A stretch of DNA of 32,000 bases from Thalassolituus maritimus (GTDB lineage Bacteria; Pseudomonadota; Gammaproteobacteria; Pseudomonadales; Oceanobacteraceae): assembly GCF_040372045.1 (NCBI RefSeq), contig NZ_BAABWH010000008.1. One strand, given 5' to 3'. Positions 16,594 through 25,305 of the stretch are shown here, piece after piece. A program made the translations under genes and the position numbers. The notes below the pieces were generated by a model, which was not told where the DNA came from, made no database searches, and saw only the letters and a list, made by a program, of their open reading frames with translations. How positions within the stretch are numbered: position 1 is the first letter of the stretch; every line of letters starts with the position of its first letter.

Positions 16594-18690
16594 ATGAGTG
16601 TCGATCTGTCGCAATTCCATCAGGTCTTTTTCGAGGAAAGCTTCGAAGGCCTGGATGTCATGGAAAGTGAACTCCTTGATATGGACCCGTCCGACGTTGA
16701 TGACGAAACCGTCAACAACATTTTCCGGGCGGCGCACTCTATCAAGGGGGGCGCGGGAACCTTCGGCTTTATGCCGGTTTCTGAATTTACTCACGTCGTC
16801 GAAACATTGCTGGACGAAATACGGGCCGGGAAACGTTCTATGGAGCCCCGCTACGTTGATCTGTTCCTGCAATCGGTCGACTGTCTGCGCGGCATGCTGT
16901 CGGATATGCAGGACGGGAATGAGCCAGAGACTGAGCGTCCAGCTGAATTGCGTACAGAGTTTGAAACGATTCTGGGTATGGCTCAGGAAGAACAACCCGC
17001 CGAAGGTGCTTCTGCGGGTGGACAGGATGCCGGCTGGATTATCGATGTGAAGCCGCATACCGACTTGCTGATGACAGGAAACGAACCATTTCGCATGTTT
17101 CGTGAACTGCAGGAGCTGGTTGGCGAGGGTAACCTCGAGGTCCTTGCTAACACGGATGACATTCCAGAGCTGACTAGTCTCAATCCGGAAGATTGCACCA
17201 TTCATTGGCGTTTGACCGTGACTGCGGCAACTCCGGTCGAAGAGATAAAAGCGATTTTTGAGTGGGTTGAAGACGAGTGCGATCTGACTTACACACCGCT
17301 AGCCGGAGATAGTGCAAATGCTGAAGTTGCCGCTTCATCTGGTGACACTGCTCTAGTGGCCCCAGTGGCTGATGCAGGCGCAGCTGATTCTGCAGCGCCA
17401 GCGGCCGCAGCAGTGCAGCCTGAAGCAGGCTCTGCTGATAAGCCAGTGAAAGCTGCGAAAGCACCGAAAGCCAGTAAGAAAACAGCCGAAAGCTCATCCA
17501 TTCGTGTGTCGATTGATAAGGTCGACAGCCTGATTAACATGGTGGGTGAGCTCGTGATTACTCAGTCTATGCTGGGTCAGCTTGGCCAAGATTTTGATCT
17601 GAGTCGTCTGGCGAAACTGCAGGAAGGCCTGTCACAACTGGAGCAAAATACGCGTGAGCTTCAGGAAAGTGTCATGAAAATTCGTATGATGCCAATCAGC
17701 TTTGCGTTCAGTCGTTTCCCTCGCCTTGTTCGTGATTTAGGTGGCCAACTAGGTAAAAAAGTTCTGTTGGAAACCATTGGTGAGCAGACGGAACTTGATA
17801 AAACGGTCATGGAAAAAATCAATGATCCTCTGGTGCACCTGGTGCGTAACTCGATGGATCATGGCCTTGAAACAACGGAAGACCGCATTGCCGCAGGAAA
17901 ATCCGAAGAAGGCACCATCACTCTGAATGCGTACCACCAGGGCGGTAATATCGTTATCGAGGTCGCCGATGATGGCGCGGGCCTGAACGAAGACCGAATC
18001 CTGAAAAAAGCGATTGAAAAAGGTCTCGTACCAGAGAATAACTCACTCACACCCGAAGAAATTCATAACCTTATTTTCCTACCTGGGTTTTCAACTGCAG
18101 AAGCTGTCAGTGATATTTCTGGTCGTGGTGTCGGCATGGATGTCGTGCGTCGCAATATTCAGGCGCTGAATGGCAGTATCGAGGTGAAGTCGCAGCGAGG
18201 CGTAGGCTCAACCTTTATCATTCGCTTGCCTCTGACATTGGCTATCCTGGACGGTCAATTAGTCCGCGTCTGTGAAGAGACTTACATCTTCCCGCTGGTG
18301 TCTATCGTCGAGTCCATTCAGATCCATCGCTCATCGTTGAATCACGTCACCGGCAGTCAATACGTGATGCAATTACGTGATGAATACATTCCTATCGTTC
18401 GCCTTGATGAAATTTTTGGCCTCCGTGATGCATCGGATACCGTTGACGAAATGATGCTGGTGGTGGTTGAAGGTGATAACGAGAAAATCGGCATTGTTGT
18501 TGATGATCTGTTAGGACAGCAGCAGGTTGTTATCAAAAGCCTTGAGCAGAATTACCAGAAAGTGTCGGGTATATCCGGCGCGACTATTCTTGGGGACGGA
18601 ACCGTTGCCCTCATCATTGATATCTCCAGTATCGGAAAGAACATTGTGCCTGTGAAGCGTAAACAACCGCGTTCAGAGAAGGCAGCGTGA
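16594..18690 (+). CDS. cheA: Chemotaxis histidine kinase CheA
   Basis: Hpt P1 domain with HSIKGGAGTFG; dimerisation region IRVSIDKVDSLINMVGELV; N-box HLVRNSMDHG; G1 DDGAGL; G2 GRGVGMDVV; C-terminal CheW-like P5 domain. Confidence 0.95.
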   Translation: MSVDLSQFHQVFFEESFEGLDVMESELLDMDPSDVDDETVNNIFRAAHSIKGGAGTFGFMPVSEFTHVVETLLDEIRAGKRSMEPRYVDLFLQSVDCLRGMLSDMQDGNEPETERPAELRTEFETILGMAQEEQPAEGASAGGQDAGWIIDVKPHTDLLMTGNEPFRMFRELQELVGEGNLEVLANTDDIPELTSLNPEDCTIHWRLTVTAATPVEEIKAIFEWVEDECDLTYTPLAGDSANAEVAASSGDTALVAPVADAGAADSAAPAAAAVQPEAGSADKPVKAAKAPKASKKTAESSSIRVSIDKVDSLINMVGELVITQSMLGQLGQDFDLSRLAKLQEGLSQLEQNTRELQESVMKIRMMPISFAFSRFPRLVRDLGGQLGKKVLLETIGEQTELDKTVMEKINDPLVHLVRNSMDHGLETTEDRIAAGKSEEGTITLNAYHQGGNIVIEVADDGAGLNEDRILKKAIEKGLVPENNSLTPEEIHNLIFLPGFSTAEAVSDISGRGVGMDVVRRNIQALNGSIEVKSQRGVGSTFIIRLPLTLAILDGQLVRVCEETYIFPLVSIVESIQIHRSSLNHVTGSQYVMQLRDEYIPIVRLDEIFGLRDASDTVDEMMLVVVEGDNEKIGIVVDDLLGQQQVVIKSLEQNYQKVSGISGATILGDGTVALIIDISSIGKNIVPVKRKQPRSEKAA

Positions 18691-18698
18691 GGCCAGAA

Positions 18699-19220
18699 AT
18701 GGAAGAAATGAACAAAGACATCATCCTGCCCGAATCCGAAGTGGGCGATGAGCAGCAGTACCTGACATTCATCATGTCGGGAGAGGAGTACGGGGTCGAT
18801 ATTCTTGCGGTGCAGGAAATTCGCGGATGGGAAGAACCAACCCTTATTCCGAATGCTCCGTCCTATATTCGCGGCGTTATAAACCTACGCGGCACCATTG
18901 TTCCGATTATGGATCTGCGTCTGCGATTTGGGTTGAGCGAAGCGGATTACACAGCGACGACAGTTGTCATCATTTTAAAGTTCGATAGCGATAACGGCGA
19001 GCGAGTGATGGGCATCGTGGTGGACGCGGTATCAGACGTTTACACGATCGCCGACGAAGAGACGCGCCGACCACCAGAGCTGACTGAGGATGATAACTCT
19101 GACTTCATCAAGGGGCTGGTCAACGTAAACGAGAAGATGGTGATCCTACTCGACGTCGCGGAACTCCTAATGCTGAGGATGGAAATGTCCGACGCAAATT
19201 ATTCAGTTGATAAAGATTAA
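18699..19220 (+). CDS. cheW: Chemotaxis coupling protein CheW
   Basis: QYLTFIMSGEEYGVDILAVQEIRGW...IRGVINLRGTIVPIMDLR is the typical CheW core. The ATG at 18699 is preferred because a GAGG lies 6 nt upstream. The listed GTG at 18687 overlaps the cheA stop and is an alternative. Confidence 0.9.
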   Translation: MEEMNKDIILPESEVGDEQQYLTFIMSGEEYGVDILAVQEIRGWEEPTLIPNAPSYIRGVINLRGTIVPIMDLRLRFGLSEADYTATTVVIILKFDSDNGERVMGIVVDAVSDVYTIADEETRRPPELTEDDNSDFIKGLVNVNEKMVILLDVAELLMLRMEMSDANYSVDKD

Positions 19221-19265
19221 TGACCGAAAGGTAATTGCCTGATAAGAAGGTACAGGAAGGTAACT

Positions 19266-22200
19266 ATGAGCTTTTTTCGTAATATGATTTCTGGTGGCAA
19301 CGCCATCGACTCGACAAAACTCCGTGAGATGGAAGGTAAGCTGGCCGCGATTGAGAAAAGTCAGGCATCAATCGAATTTAATATGGACGGCACCATCATC
19401 ACTGCAAATCAGAATTTTCTGGATGCAATGGGTTACCGCCTGGATGAAATTCAGGGACAGCATCACCGTATGTTCGTGTCCCCGGCGTACGCCAACAGCG
19501 CAGAGTACGCGGCATTCTGGAATATGCTGAACCGAGGTGAGTTTCAGACCGCTGAATACGAACGATTTAATAAAGCCGGTGACAGTGTCTGGATTCAGGC
19601 CAGTTACAACCCAATCATGGATGACACGGGCAAGCCATATAAAGTGATTAAGTACGCTTCGGATATCACCGAGCAGAAGAAGAAAACCATCGACTTTACT
19701 GGAAAAGTGAATGCGATCAGCCGTGCTCAGGCCGTTATCGAATTTACACCAAATGGTGAGATCCTGACGGCGAACGATAACTTTCTTGCAACCGTCGGCT
19801 ATTCGCTTGTTGAAATACAGGGCAAGCATCATCGTATTTTTGTTGACCCTGAATACGCAAACAGCGCTGAATACAAAGATTTCTGGAAGAAGTTGGCGCA
19901 GGGTGAGTTCAGTTCAGGTGAATTTGAGCGATTCGGTAAAGATGGTCATAGCGTATGGATTCAGGCTACATACAACCCGATTCTCGACGACTCGGGCGAG
20001 GTTGTAAAAGTTGTTAAGTTTGCTTCTAACATTACAGACCAAAAGAAAAAGAGCATTGATTATAGTGGAAAACTGAACGCAATAAGCCGCGCTCAGGCCA
20101 TGATTGAATTTAGTCCTGAGGGTGAAATCCTGACTGCGAACGAGAATTTTCTCGCAACGGTCGGTTATCCACTTCATGAAATTCAGGGTAAGCATCACCG
20201 CATTTTTGTCAGTCCTGAATACGCCAACAGCCCTGAGTACACAGAGTTCTGGAAGAAACTGGGACAAGGTGAGTTCAGCGCAGGTGAATATGAGCGCTTT
20301 GGTAAAGACGGCAGCAGCGTTTGGATTCAGGCGACATACAACCCGATCCTCGATGAGGCTGGGAATGTGGTCAAGGTGGTTAAGTTTGCCACTAATATTA
20401 CCGAGCAAAAGCTGAAAGCAGCAGAAGATAAGAGAAATGCTCAAATGGCGAGTGCACTGAAGCTATGCCAGGCGACGGTGATGCTTGCGGACAATGATCT
20501 CAACATTGTGTACATGAATGATGAGATGGTGAAGTTGCTGGCGAATCGCGAAACAGAGATTCAGCAGCATTTATCTCATTTCAAAGTATCGGAACTGATT
20601 GGTACTAATGTTGATACCTTCCACAAAAATCCTTCGCATCAGCGTGGCATTCTCAGTGCGCTTGATAAGCCAATGGAAACGCGTCTGTCATTTGATGATG
20701 TAAAATTTGATCTGACTGCGTCCCCATGGGTTGATTCTGACGGCACTCGGATTGGTACTGTCGTTGAATGGGTGGATGTAACCGATGTGCTGAAAACGCG
20801 TGCCGAAGAAAAGCGCGTTGCGGATGAGAACCGTCGTGTCCGTCAGGCACTGGATTCGGTCAGCACCAACGCAATGATTGCGGACACCGACGGCAATATT
20901 ATTTACATGAACGAAGCCGTCGAAAACATGATGAAGGATTCGGAATCAGATCTCCGTAAAGACCTTCCGAACTTCAATGCTTCTGCATTGATGGGCGCGA
21001 ATATCGATACCTTCCATAAAGACCCATCGCATCAGCGAGCGATGTTAGCGGCACTGACTAAGACCTACAAAACCCAGATCGAGGTGGGTGGTCGTACTTA
21101 CTCTCTGATTGCAAACCCGATCATCAATGAGAATAACGAACGTCTCGGTACTGTTGTTGAGTGGAATGACCGCACGATTGAAGTCGGTGCAGAGAAAGAG
21201 ATTGATGCCATCGTTGAAGCTGCTGCAGCTGGCGACTTATCACGCCGTATCGACACCATCGGTAAGCAAGGCTTCTTCTTAGGGCTTGCTGAGGGGTTGA
21301 ATCGTCTTCTTGGTATTGCCGACGACGTTGTGAACGATACAGTACGCATTTTCGATGCTCTTGCACACGGTAATCTGACGCGCAAAATCGATGCGGACTA
21401 CATGGGATCGTTTGGTAAGTTGAAGCAGGATGCGAACTCCACCGTTGAGCGTCTGACAGAAATCATGACCCGCATTCGCGAGTCAGCATCCACCGTTGCA
21501 ACCGGAGCAAGCGAAATTGCTCAGGGTAATGCGGACCTGAGTAAACGTACGGAGTCTCAGGCATCCAGCCTGGAGGAAACCGCATCCAGCATGGAAGAGA
21601 TGACCAGTGCTGTGAAGCAGACCAGTGAAAACTCAGTACACGCCAATGAACTGGCAAGCTCAGCGAAAAATAAAGCTGAAGAAGGTGGCGAAGTTGTCGA
21701 GAAAGCAGTAACGGCAATGGACGAAATTAACCAGGCGAGTAAGAAGATTTCTGACATCATCGGTGTGATTGACGAAATTGCCTTCCAGACCAACCTTCTC
21801 GCTTTGAATGCCGCGGTTGAGGCAGCACGAGCAGGTGAACAGGGACGAGGGTTCGCCGTGGTTGCTGGCGAGGTGCGTAACCTTGCGCAACGTTCAGCAG
21901 GTGCAGCGAAAGAAATTAAAGATCTGATTCGCGACAGCGTGGATAAAGTTGAAGCGGGTACCGCTCTGGTGAATGCATCAGGTAAAACGCTGAACGAGAT
22001 TATCGGTGCGGTAGATCGCGTTTCTGCCATGATTCAGGAAATCAGTACGGCAGCTGCAGAGCAGTCTGCTGGTATCGATCAGGTGAACAGTGCCGTCGCA
22101 CAGATGGATGAGATGACGCAGCAGAACGCAGCGCTTGTGGAAGAGGCGACGGCTGCAGGTGAAGCCATGGCGGGTCAGGCGCAGGGTATGACTCAGCTGA

Positions 22201-22364
22201 TGGAATTCTTCACTGTCGATGCGTCATTCGCGACGGGCAGTATCGACGATATGCCGGTTGCCGCTGCTCCGGTTGCGGCAGCGCCCGCTGCGCCAGCAAT
22301 GCCTGCTGGGGATCAGGGTGGCTTGTCAGTCAGTAACTCGGGTGACGATTGGGAAGAGTTCTGA
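19266..22364 (+). CDS. Soluble methyl-accepting chemotaxis protein with five PAS domains, HAMP region and MCP signalling domain (Aer2-like)
   Basis: No TM segments are visible. There are three tandem PAS repeats (aa ~29-390), then two PAS domains carrying (V/I)DTFHK(N/D)PSHQR and a Trp exactly 49 residues after the first His. HAMP-like segments follow (GDLSRRI.., GNLTRKID..). The conserved hairpin is [42 protein letters not shown]. The C-terminus is ..GDDWEEF. Confidence 0.95.
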   Translation: MSFFRNMISGGNAIDSTKLREMEGKLAAIEKSQASIEFNMDGTIITANQNFLDAMGYRLDEIQGQHHRMFVSPAYANSAEYAAFWNMLNRGEFQTAEYERFNKAGDSVWIQASYNPIMDDTGKPYKVIKYASDITEQKKKTIDFTGKVNAISRAQAVIEFTPNGEILTANDNFLATVGYSLVEIQGKHHRIFVDPEYANSAEYKDFWKKLAQGEFSSGEFERFGKDGHSVWIQATYNPILDDSGEVVKVVKFASNITDQKKKSIDYSGKLNAISRAQAMIEFSPEGEILTANENFLATVGYPLHEIQGKHHRIFVSPEYANSPEYTEFWKKLGQGEFSAGEYERFGKDGSSVWIQATYNPILDEAGNVVKVVKFATNITEQKLKAAEDKRNAQMASALKLCQATVMLADNDLNIVYMNDEMVKLLANRETEIQQHLSHFKVSELIGTNVDTFHKNPSHQRGILSALDKPMETRLSFDDVKFDLTASPWVDSDGTRIGTVVEWVDVTDVLKTRAEEKRVADENRRVRQALDSVSTNAMIADTDGNIIYMNEAVENMMKDSESDLRKDLPNFNASALMGANIDTFHKDPSHQRAMLAALTKTYKTQIEVGGRTYSLIANPIINENNERLGTVVEWNDRTIEVGAEKEIDAIVEAAAAGDLSRRIDTIGKQGFFLGLAEGLNRLLGIADDVVNDTVRIFDALAHGNLTRKIDADYMGSFGKLKQDANSTVERLTEIMTRIRESASTVATGASEIAQGNADLSKRTESQASSLEETASSMEEMTSAVKQTSENSVHANELASSAKNKAEEGGEVVEKAVTAMDEINQASKKISDIIGVIDEIAFQTNLLALNAAVEAARAGEQGRGFAVVAGEVRNLAQRSAGAAKEIKDLIRDSVDKVEAGTALVNASGKTLNEIIGAVDRVSAMIQEISTAAAEQSAGIDQVNSAVAQMDEMTQQNAALVEEATAAGEAMAGQAQGMTQLMEFFTVDASFATGSIDDMPVAAAPVAAAPAAPAMPAGDQGGLSVSNSGDDWEEF
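19350..20440 (+). repeat. Intragenic tandem triplication (about 366 bp / 122 aa per unit) encoding PAS domains 1-3 of the receptor
   Basis: Units start at 19350, 19716 and 20082. Units 2 and 3 align codon-for-codon (ISRAQA(V/M)[84 protein letters not shown]). By eye they are roughly four-fifths identical at the protein level; unit 1 is more diverged. Confidence 0.85.
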
Positions 22365-22370
22365 TCCGTT

Positions 22371-23222
22371 ATGAATGTGCATGTTGCGGGTAAGCCATTA
22401 CTCGGCGATGACAAAGAATTCTTAATGACAGAGCGCGATTTCGATGAAATCGCCGATCTGGCCCTTAAGCACACTGGCATCGTTCTGGGGCGGCATAAAG
22501 CCAATATGGTGTACGGGCGTATTGCCCGTCGCCTGCGGCAGTTAAAGTATTCAACTTTCGCAGATTACCTTGAGTACTTACGTGAACATTTTTCTGAAGA
22601 ATCGACCAATTTTATCAACCTGATTACGACCAATCTGACGTCCTTTTACCGTGAACCGCATCATTTTGATTTTCTGAATGAAACGGTTATTCCTGAGCTA
22701 AAAAGGAAGACGGACAAAAAGATTCGTATCTGGTCGTCAGGTTGTTCGATCGGCCAGGAGGCCTACACCATTGCTTTTACAATGGCGGAGGCACATCTCG
22801 CTGCTTCCTATGATCTGAAGATTCTGGCTACAGATCTCGACTCAAACGTTGTACAGACGGGCAGTGAAGGTATTTATCCCGCAGATAACCTGATGAGTGT
22901 TCCGGACGAAGTCGTCGAGAAGTACTTCGAACGAAGCCGCGATGGCAATCAGGTCAGAGTGAAAAAGAGCATGCGAGATCTGGTGCACTTTAAGCGACTT
23001 AATCTGCTTGAAAGCTGGCCTATGAAAGGAAAATTCGACGTGATATTTTGTCGTAACGTCGTTATTTACTTCAATCGTGATACTCAGAAAACGTTGTTTA
23101 ATCGCTACGCCGATTACTTACCAACAGGTGGCTATTTGATTATTGGTCACTCTGAATCACTCAATGGTCTGACAGACCGATTCAAATCGGTTGGTAACAC
23201 CGTCTATCAAAAAGTCTACTAA
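22371..23222 (+). CDS. cheR: Chemotaxis protein methyltransferase CheR
   Basis: LTSFYREPHHFDFL and the SAM-binding IWSSGCSIGQEAYTIA, DVIFCRNVVIYF. 283 aa; an alternative start is possible at M19. Confidence 0.9.
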   Translation: MNVHVAGKPLLGDDKEFLMTERDFDEIADLALKHTGIVLGRHKANMVYGRIARRLRQLKYSTFADYLEYLREHFSEESTNFINLITTNLTSFYREPHHFDFLNETVIPELKRKTDKKIRIWSSGCSIGQEAYTIAFTMAEAHLAASYDLKILATDLDSNVVQTGSEGIYPADNLMSVPDEVVEKYFERSRDGNQVRVKKSMRDLVHFKRLNLLESWPMKGKFDVIFCRNVVIYFNRDTQKTLFNRYADYLPTGGYLIIGHSESLNGLTDRFKSVGNTVYQKVY

Positions 23223-23234
23223 GGGGTTTGATTT

Positions 23235-23879
23235 ATGCATCAGCGCCCACCCGAGCCAAAACCACTAGCGGGATTTGAGCACGTCGCACGATATTGGGAT
23301 GGTGTCCATAACACCTGGGCCGCCAAAATACTTCCCGGTGAACTTTATGTATCTACTCAGGGCGAAATGATCGCTACGGTTCTTGGGTCATGTGTTTCTG
23401 CCTGCATTCGTGATAAGAAGCTGGGTGTGGGTGGCATGAATCACTTTATGTTGCCCGAGCAGAGCGAGCATTCCAGTGACGTCTGGGGTTCAAACCCGGT
23501 TACACAAAACTCACGCTATGGCACCTGGGCCATGGAATTTCTGATTAACGAAATCCTGAAGCGTGGTGGCCAAAGAAAAAACCTTGAGGTGAAGCTATTT
23601 GGTGGTGGCCAGATGATCGCATCAATGAGTGATATTGGTCAGCGCAACATTCTGTTTGTATACAACTATCTGCATAACGAAGGGCTGGAAATTGCGAAGG
23701 CCGATGTTGGCGATGTATATGCTCGTAAAGTGTTGTACTTCCCAGATACGGGCTCGGTCAAAATGCGTCGGATATCGAACGTTAAGAACGATACATTGAT
23801 GAAACGCGAAACTGAGTACAGCCGTAAAGTTAAGATGGAAGATATGGAACAGGGAGACAGTGGTATTGATCTCTTTTAA
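23235..23879 (+). CDS. cheD: Chemoreceptor glutamine deamidase CheD
   Basis: IATVLGSCVSACIRD (catalytic Cys region), GGMNHFMLP, LEVKLFGGGQM. An AAGGGG RBS precedes it. Confidence 0.85.
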   Translation: MHQRPPEPKPLAGFEHVARYWDGVHNTWAAKILPGELYVSTQGEMIATVLGSCVSACIRDKKLGVGGMNHFMLPEQSEHSSDVWGSNPVTQNSRYGTWAMEFLINEILKRGGQRKNLEVKLFGGGQMIASMSDIGQRNILFVYNYLHNEGLEIAKADVGDVYARKVLYFPDTGSVKMRRISNVKNDTLMKRETEYSRKVKMEDMEQGDSGIDLF

Positions 23880-23890
23880 GGCAATATGCA

Positions 23891-24937
23891 ATGAGTAAAA
23901 TAAGAACTCTGATCATTGATGACTCTGCCTTGATTCGCAAGATGTTGCGAGAGGTATTTGATCGCACCGATGATATCGAAGTGGTAGGTGTTGCGAGCGA
24001 TCCCTTAATCGCACGAGATAAAATTAAGCAGCTGAATCCGGATGTGATTACTCTGGATGTCGAAATGCCGCGTATGGATGGCTTGCAGTTTTTAAGTAAT
24101 CTTATGCGGTTACGCCCGATGCCTGTGGTGATGGTATCGACGCTGACTGAGAAGGGTGCGCCTGAAACACTTGAAGCGTTAGAGATGGGTGCAGTCGATT
24201 ACATCTGTAAGCCTAAAGCGCAGTCTCCCGAGGATTTTACCGAGTTTGCACACGCCCTGTGTGACAAGGTTCGTGTTGCCTCTAAGGCCCGTGTGGCTGC
24301 CGTTGAAACCCAGCGTTCGCGTAAGTCTTCGCGGGTTGTTACGCGTGAGGCGAATGAAAACTACCGACGGATCATTGCCGTCGGTTCCTCGACAGGTGGT
24401 ACCGAGGCAATTGCGGAAATTCTGTCGACGCTACCGGTTAACTGCCCACCCATCGTGATCAGCCAGCACATCCCTGAAGTATTCAGTGCTTCACTGGCAA
24501 AACGCCTTGATGGCCGTTATCCAATGGAAGTGATGGAGGCCCGTGATGACCTGGAAGTGAAAACCGGCCGCGTCATCATTGCTCAGGGTGGCAGGCACCT
24601 GCGTTTTCGACGTAAGGGAGATCAGCTATTCACCATTATTGACGATGGTCCGAAACAGAATCTGCACAAGCCTTCTGTCGAGGCTATGTTTGACTCCTTG
24701 TTGCAGGTAGCAGGCGGTAAGCGATTAGTGGCCGTTATGCTGACAGGAATGGGGGCAGATGGTGCGATTGCTATGAAGCGCTTACATGATGCCGGTGCAC
24801 TTACCATGGCTCAGAATGAGGCTACCTCGGTGGTTTGGGGAATGCCTAAATCCGCTTATGAGTTGGGTGCGGTCGATGAGTTGGTGCCATTGCCTGCAAT
24901 TGCTGCAGAGATAATAAAAAAAGCGCGTTTACCATGA
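23891..24937 (+). CDS. cheB: Chemotaxis response regulator protein-glutamate methylesterase CheB
   Basis: REC domain (LIIDDSALIRKML, DVITLDVEMPRMDG) plus an esterase domain (GSSTGGTEAI, HKPSVEAMF, LTGMGADGA). Confidence 0.95.
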   Translation: MSKIRTLIIDDSALIRKMLREVFDRTDDIEVVGVASDPLIARDKIKQLNPDVITLDVEMPRMDGLQFLSNLMRLRPMPVVMVSTLTEKGAPETLEALEMGAVDYICKPKAQSPEDFTEFAHALCDKVRVASKARVAAVETQRSRKSSRVVTREANENYRRIIAVGSSTGGTEAIAEILSTLPVNCPPIVISQHIPEVFSASLAKRLDGRYPMEVMEARDDLEVKTGRVIIAQGGRHLRFRRKGDQLFTIIDDGPKQNLHKPSVEAMFDSLLQVAGGKRLVAVMLTGMGADGAIAMKRLHDAGALTMAQNEATSVVWGMPKSAYELGAVDELVPLPAIAAEIIKKARLP

Positions 24938-24938
24938 C

Positions 24939-24967
24939 TAATCAGGCATTTGTGCTAAACCTATAAT
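24939..24967 (+). promoter_or_regulatory. Candidate sigma70 promoter in front of the STAS/phosphatase/Hpt module
   Basis: A perfect -10 TATAAT at 24962-24967, a 17-nt spacer, and a weak -35 TAATCA. A strong AGGAG RBS at 24981 serves the ATG at 24994. Pattern match only. Confidence 0.25.
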
Positions 24968-24993
24968 ACGTAATTTTTTTAGGAGATAGTGGC

Positions 24994-25296
24994 ATGTCTG
25001 TACGTGCATCTTTGGCTGGCAATGGTCAGGAATTGGTGATTCAGGTCGATGGACGTTTTGATTTCAGCGCGCATCAGGAATTCCGTGATGCTTATGAGAA
25101 AGCAGCAGAAGTACGCAAATACGTTGTCGATTTAGGCGGGGCGACTTACCTCGACAGTTCAGCGTTGGGCATGTTGCTGCTGTTGCGCGACCATGCAGGC
25201 GGTGATCACTCTGAGATCTCTATCATGAATTGTAATGACGATGTACGTAAGATCCTCGCTATTTCCAATTTTGAGCAACTTTTCACTATTCAGTAA
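24994..25296 (+). CDS. hsbA: Anti-sigma-factor antagonist (STAS), HsbA-like
   Basis: 100 aa with the canonical phospho-Ser motif YLDSSALGMLLLL. It lies immediately upstream of a REC-PP2C-kinase protein and an Hpt protein, as in the Pseudomonas HptB-HsbR-HsbA pathway. Confidence 0.8.
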   Translation: MSVRASLAGNGQELVIQVDGRFDFSAHQEFRDAYEKAAEVRKYVVDLGGATYLDSSALGMLLLLRDHAGGDHSEISIMNCNDDVRKILAISNFEQLFTIQ

Positions 25297-25305
25297 CAGG
25301 TAGTC

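Noticed and set aside
16570-17205. Minus-strand ORF of 211 aa antisense to cheA
   Set aside because: It is antisense to the CheA P1 and linker region, which has an unambiguous Hpt motif. No motifs support it.
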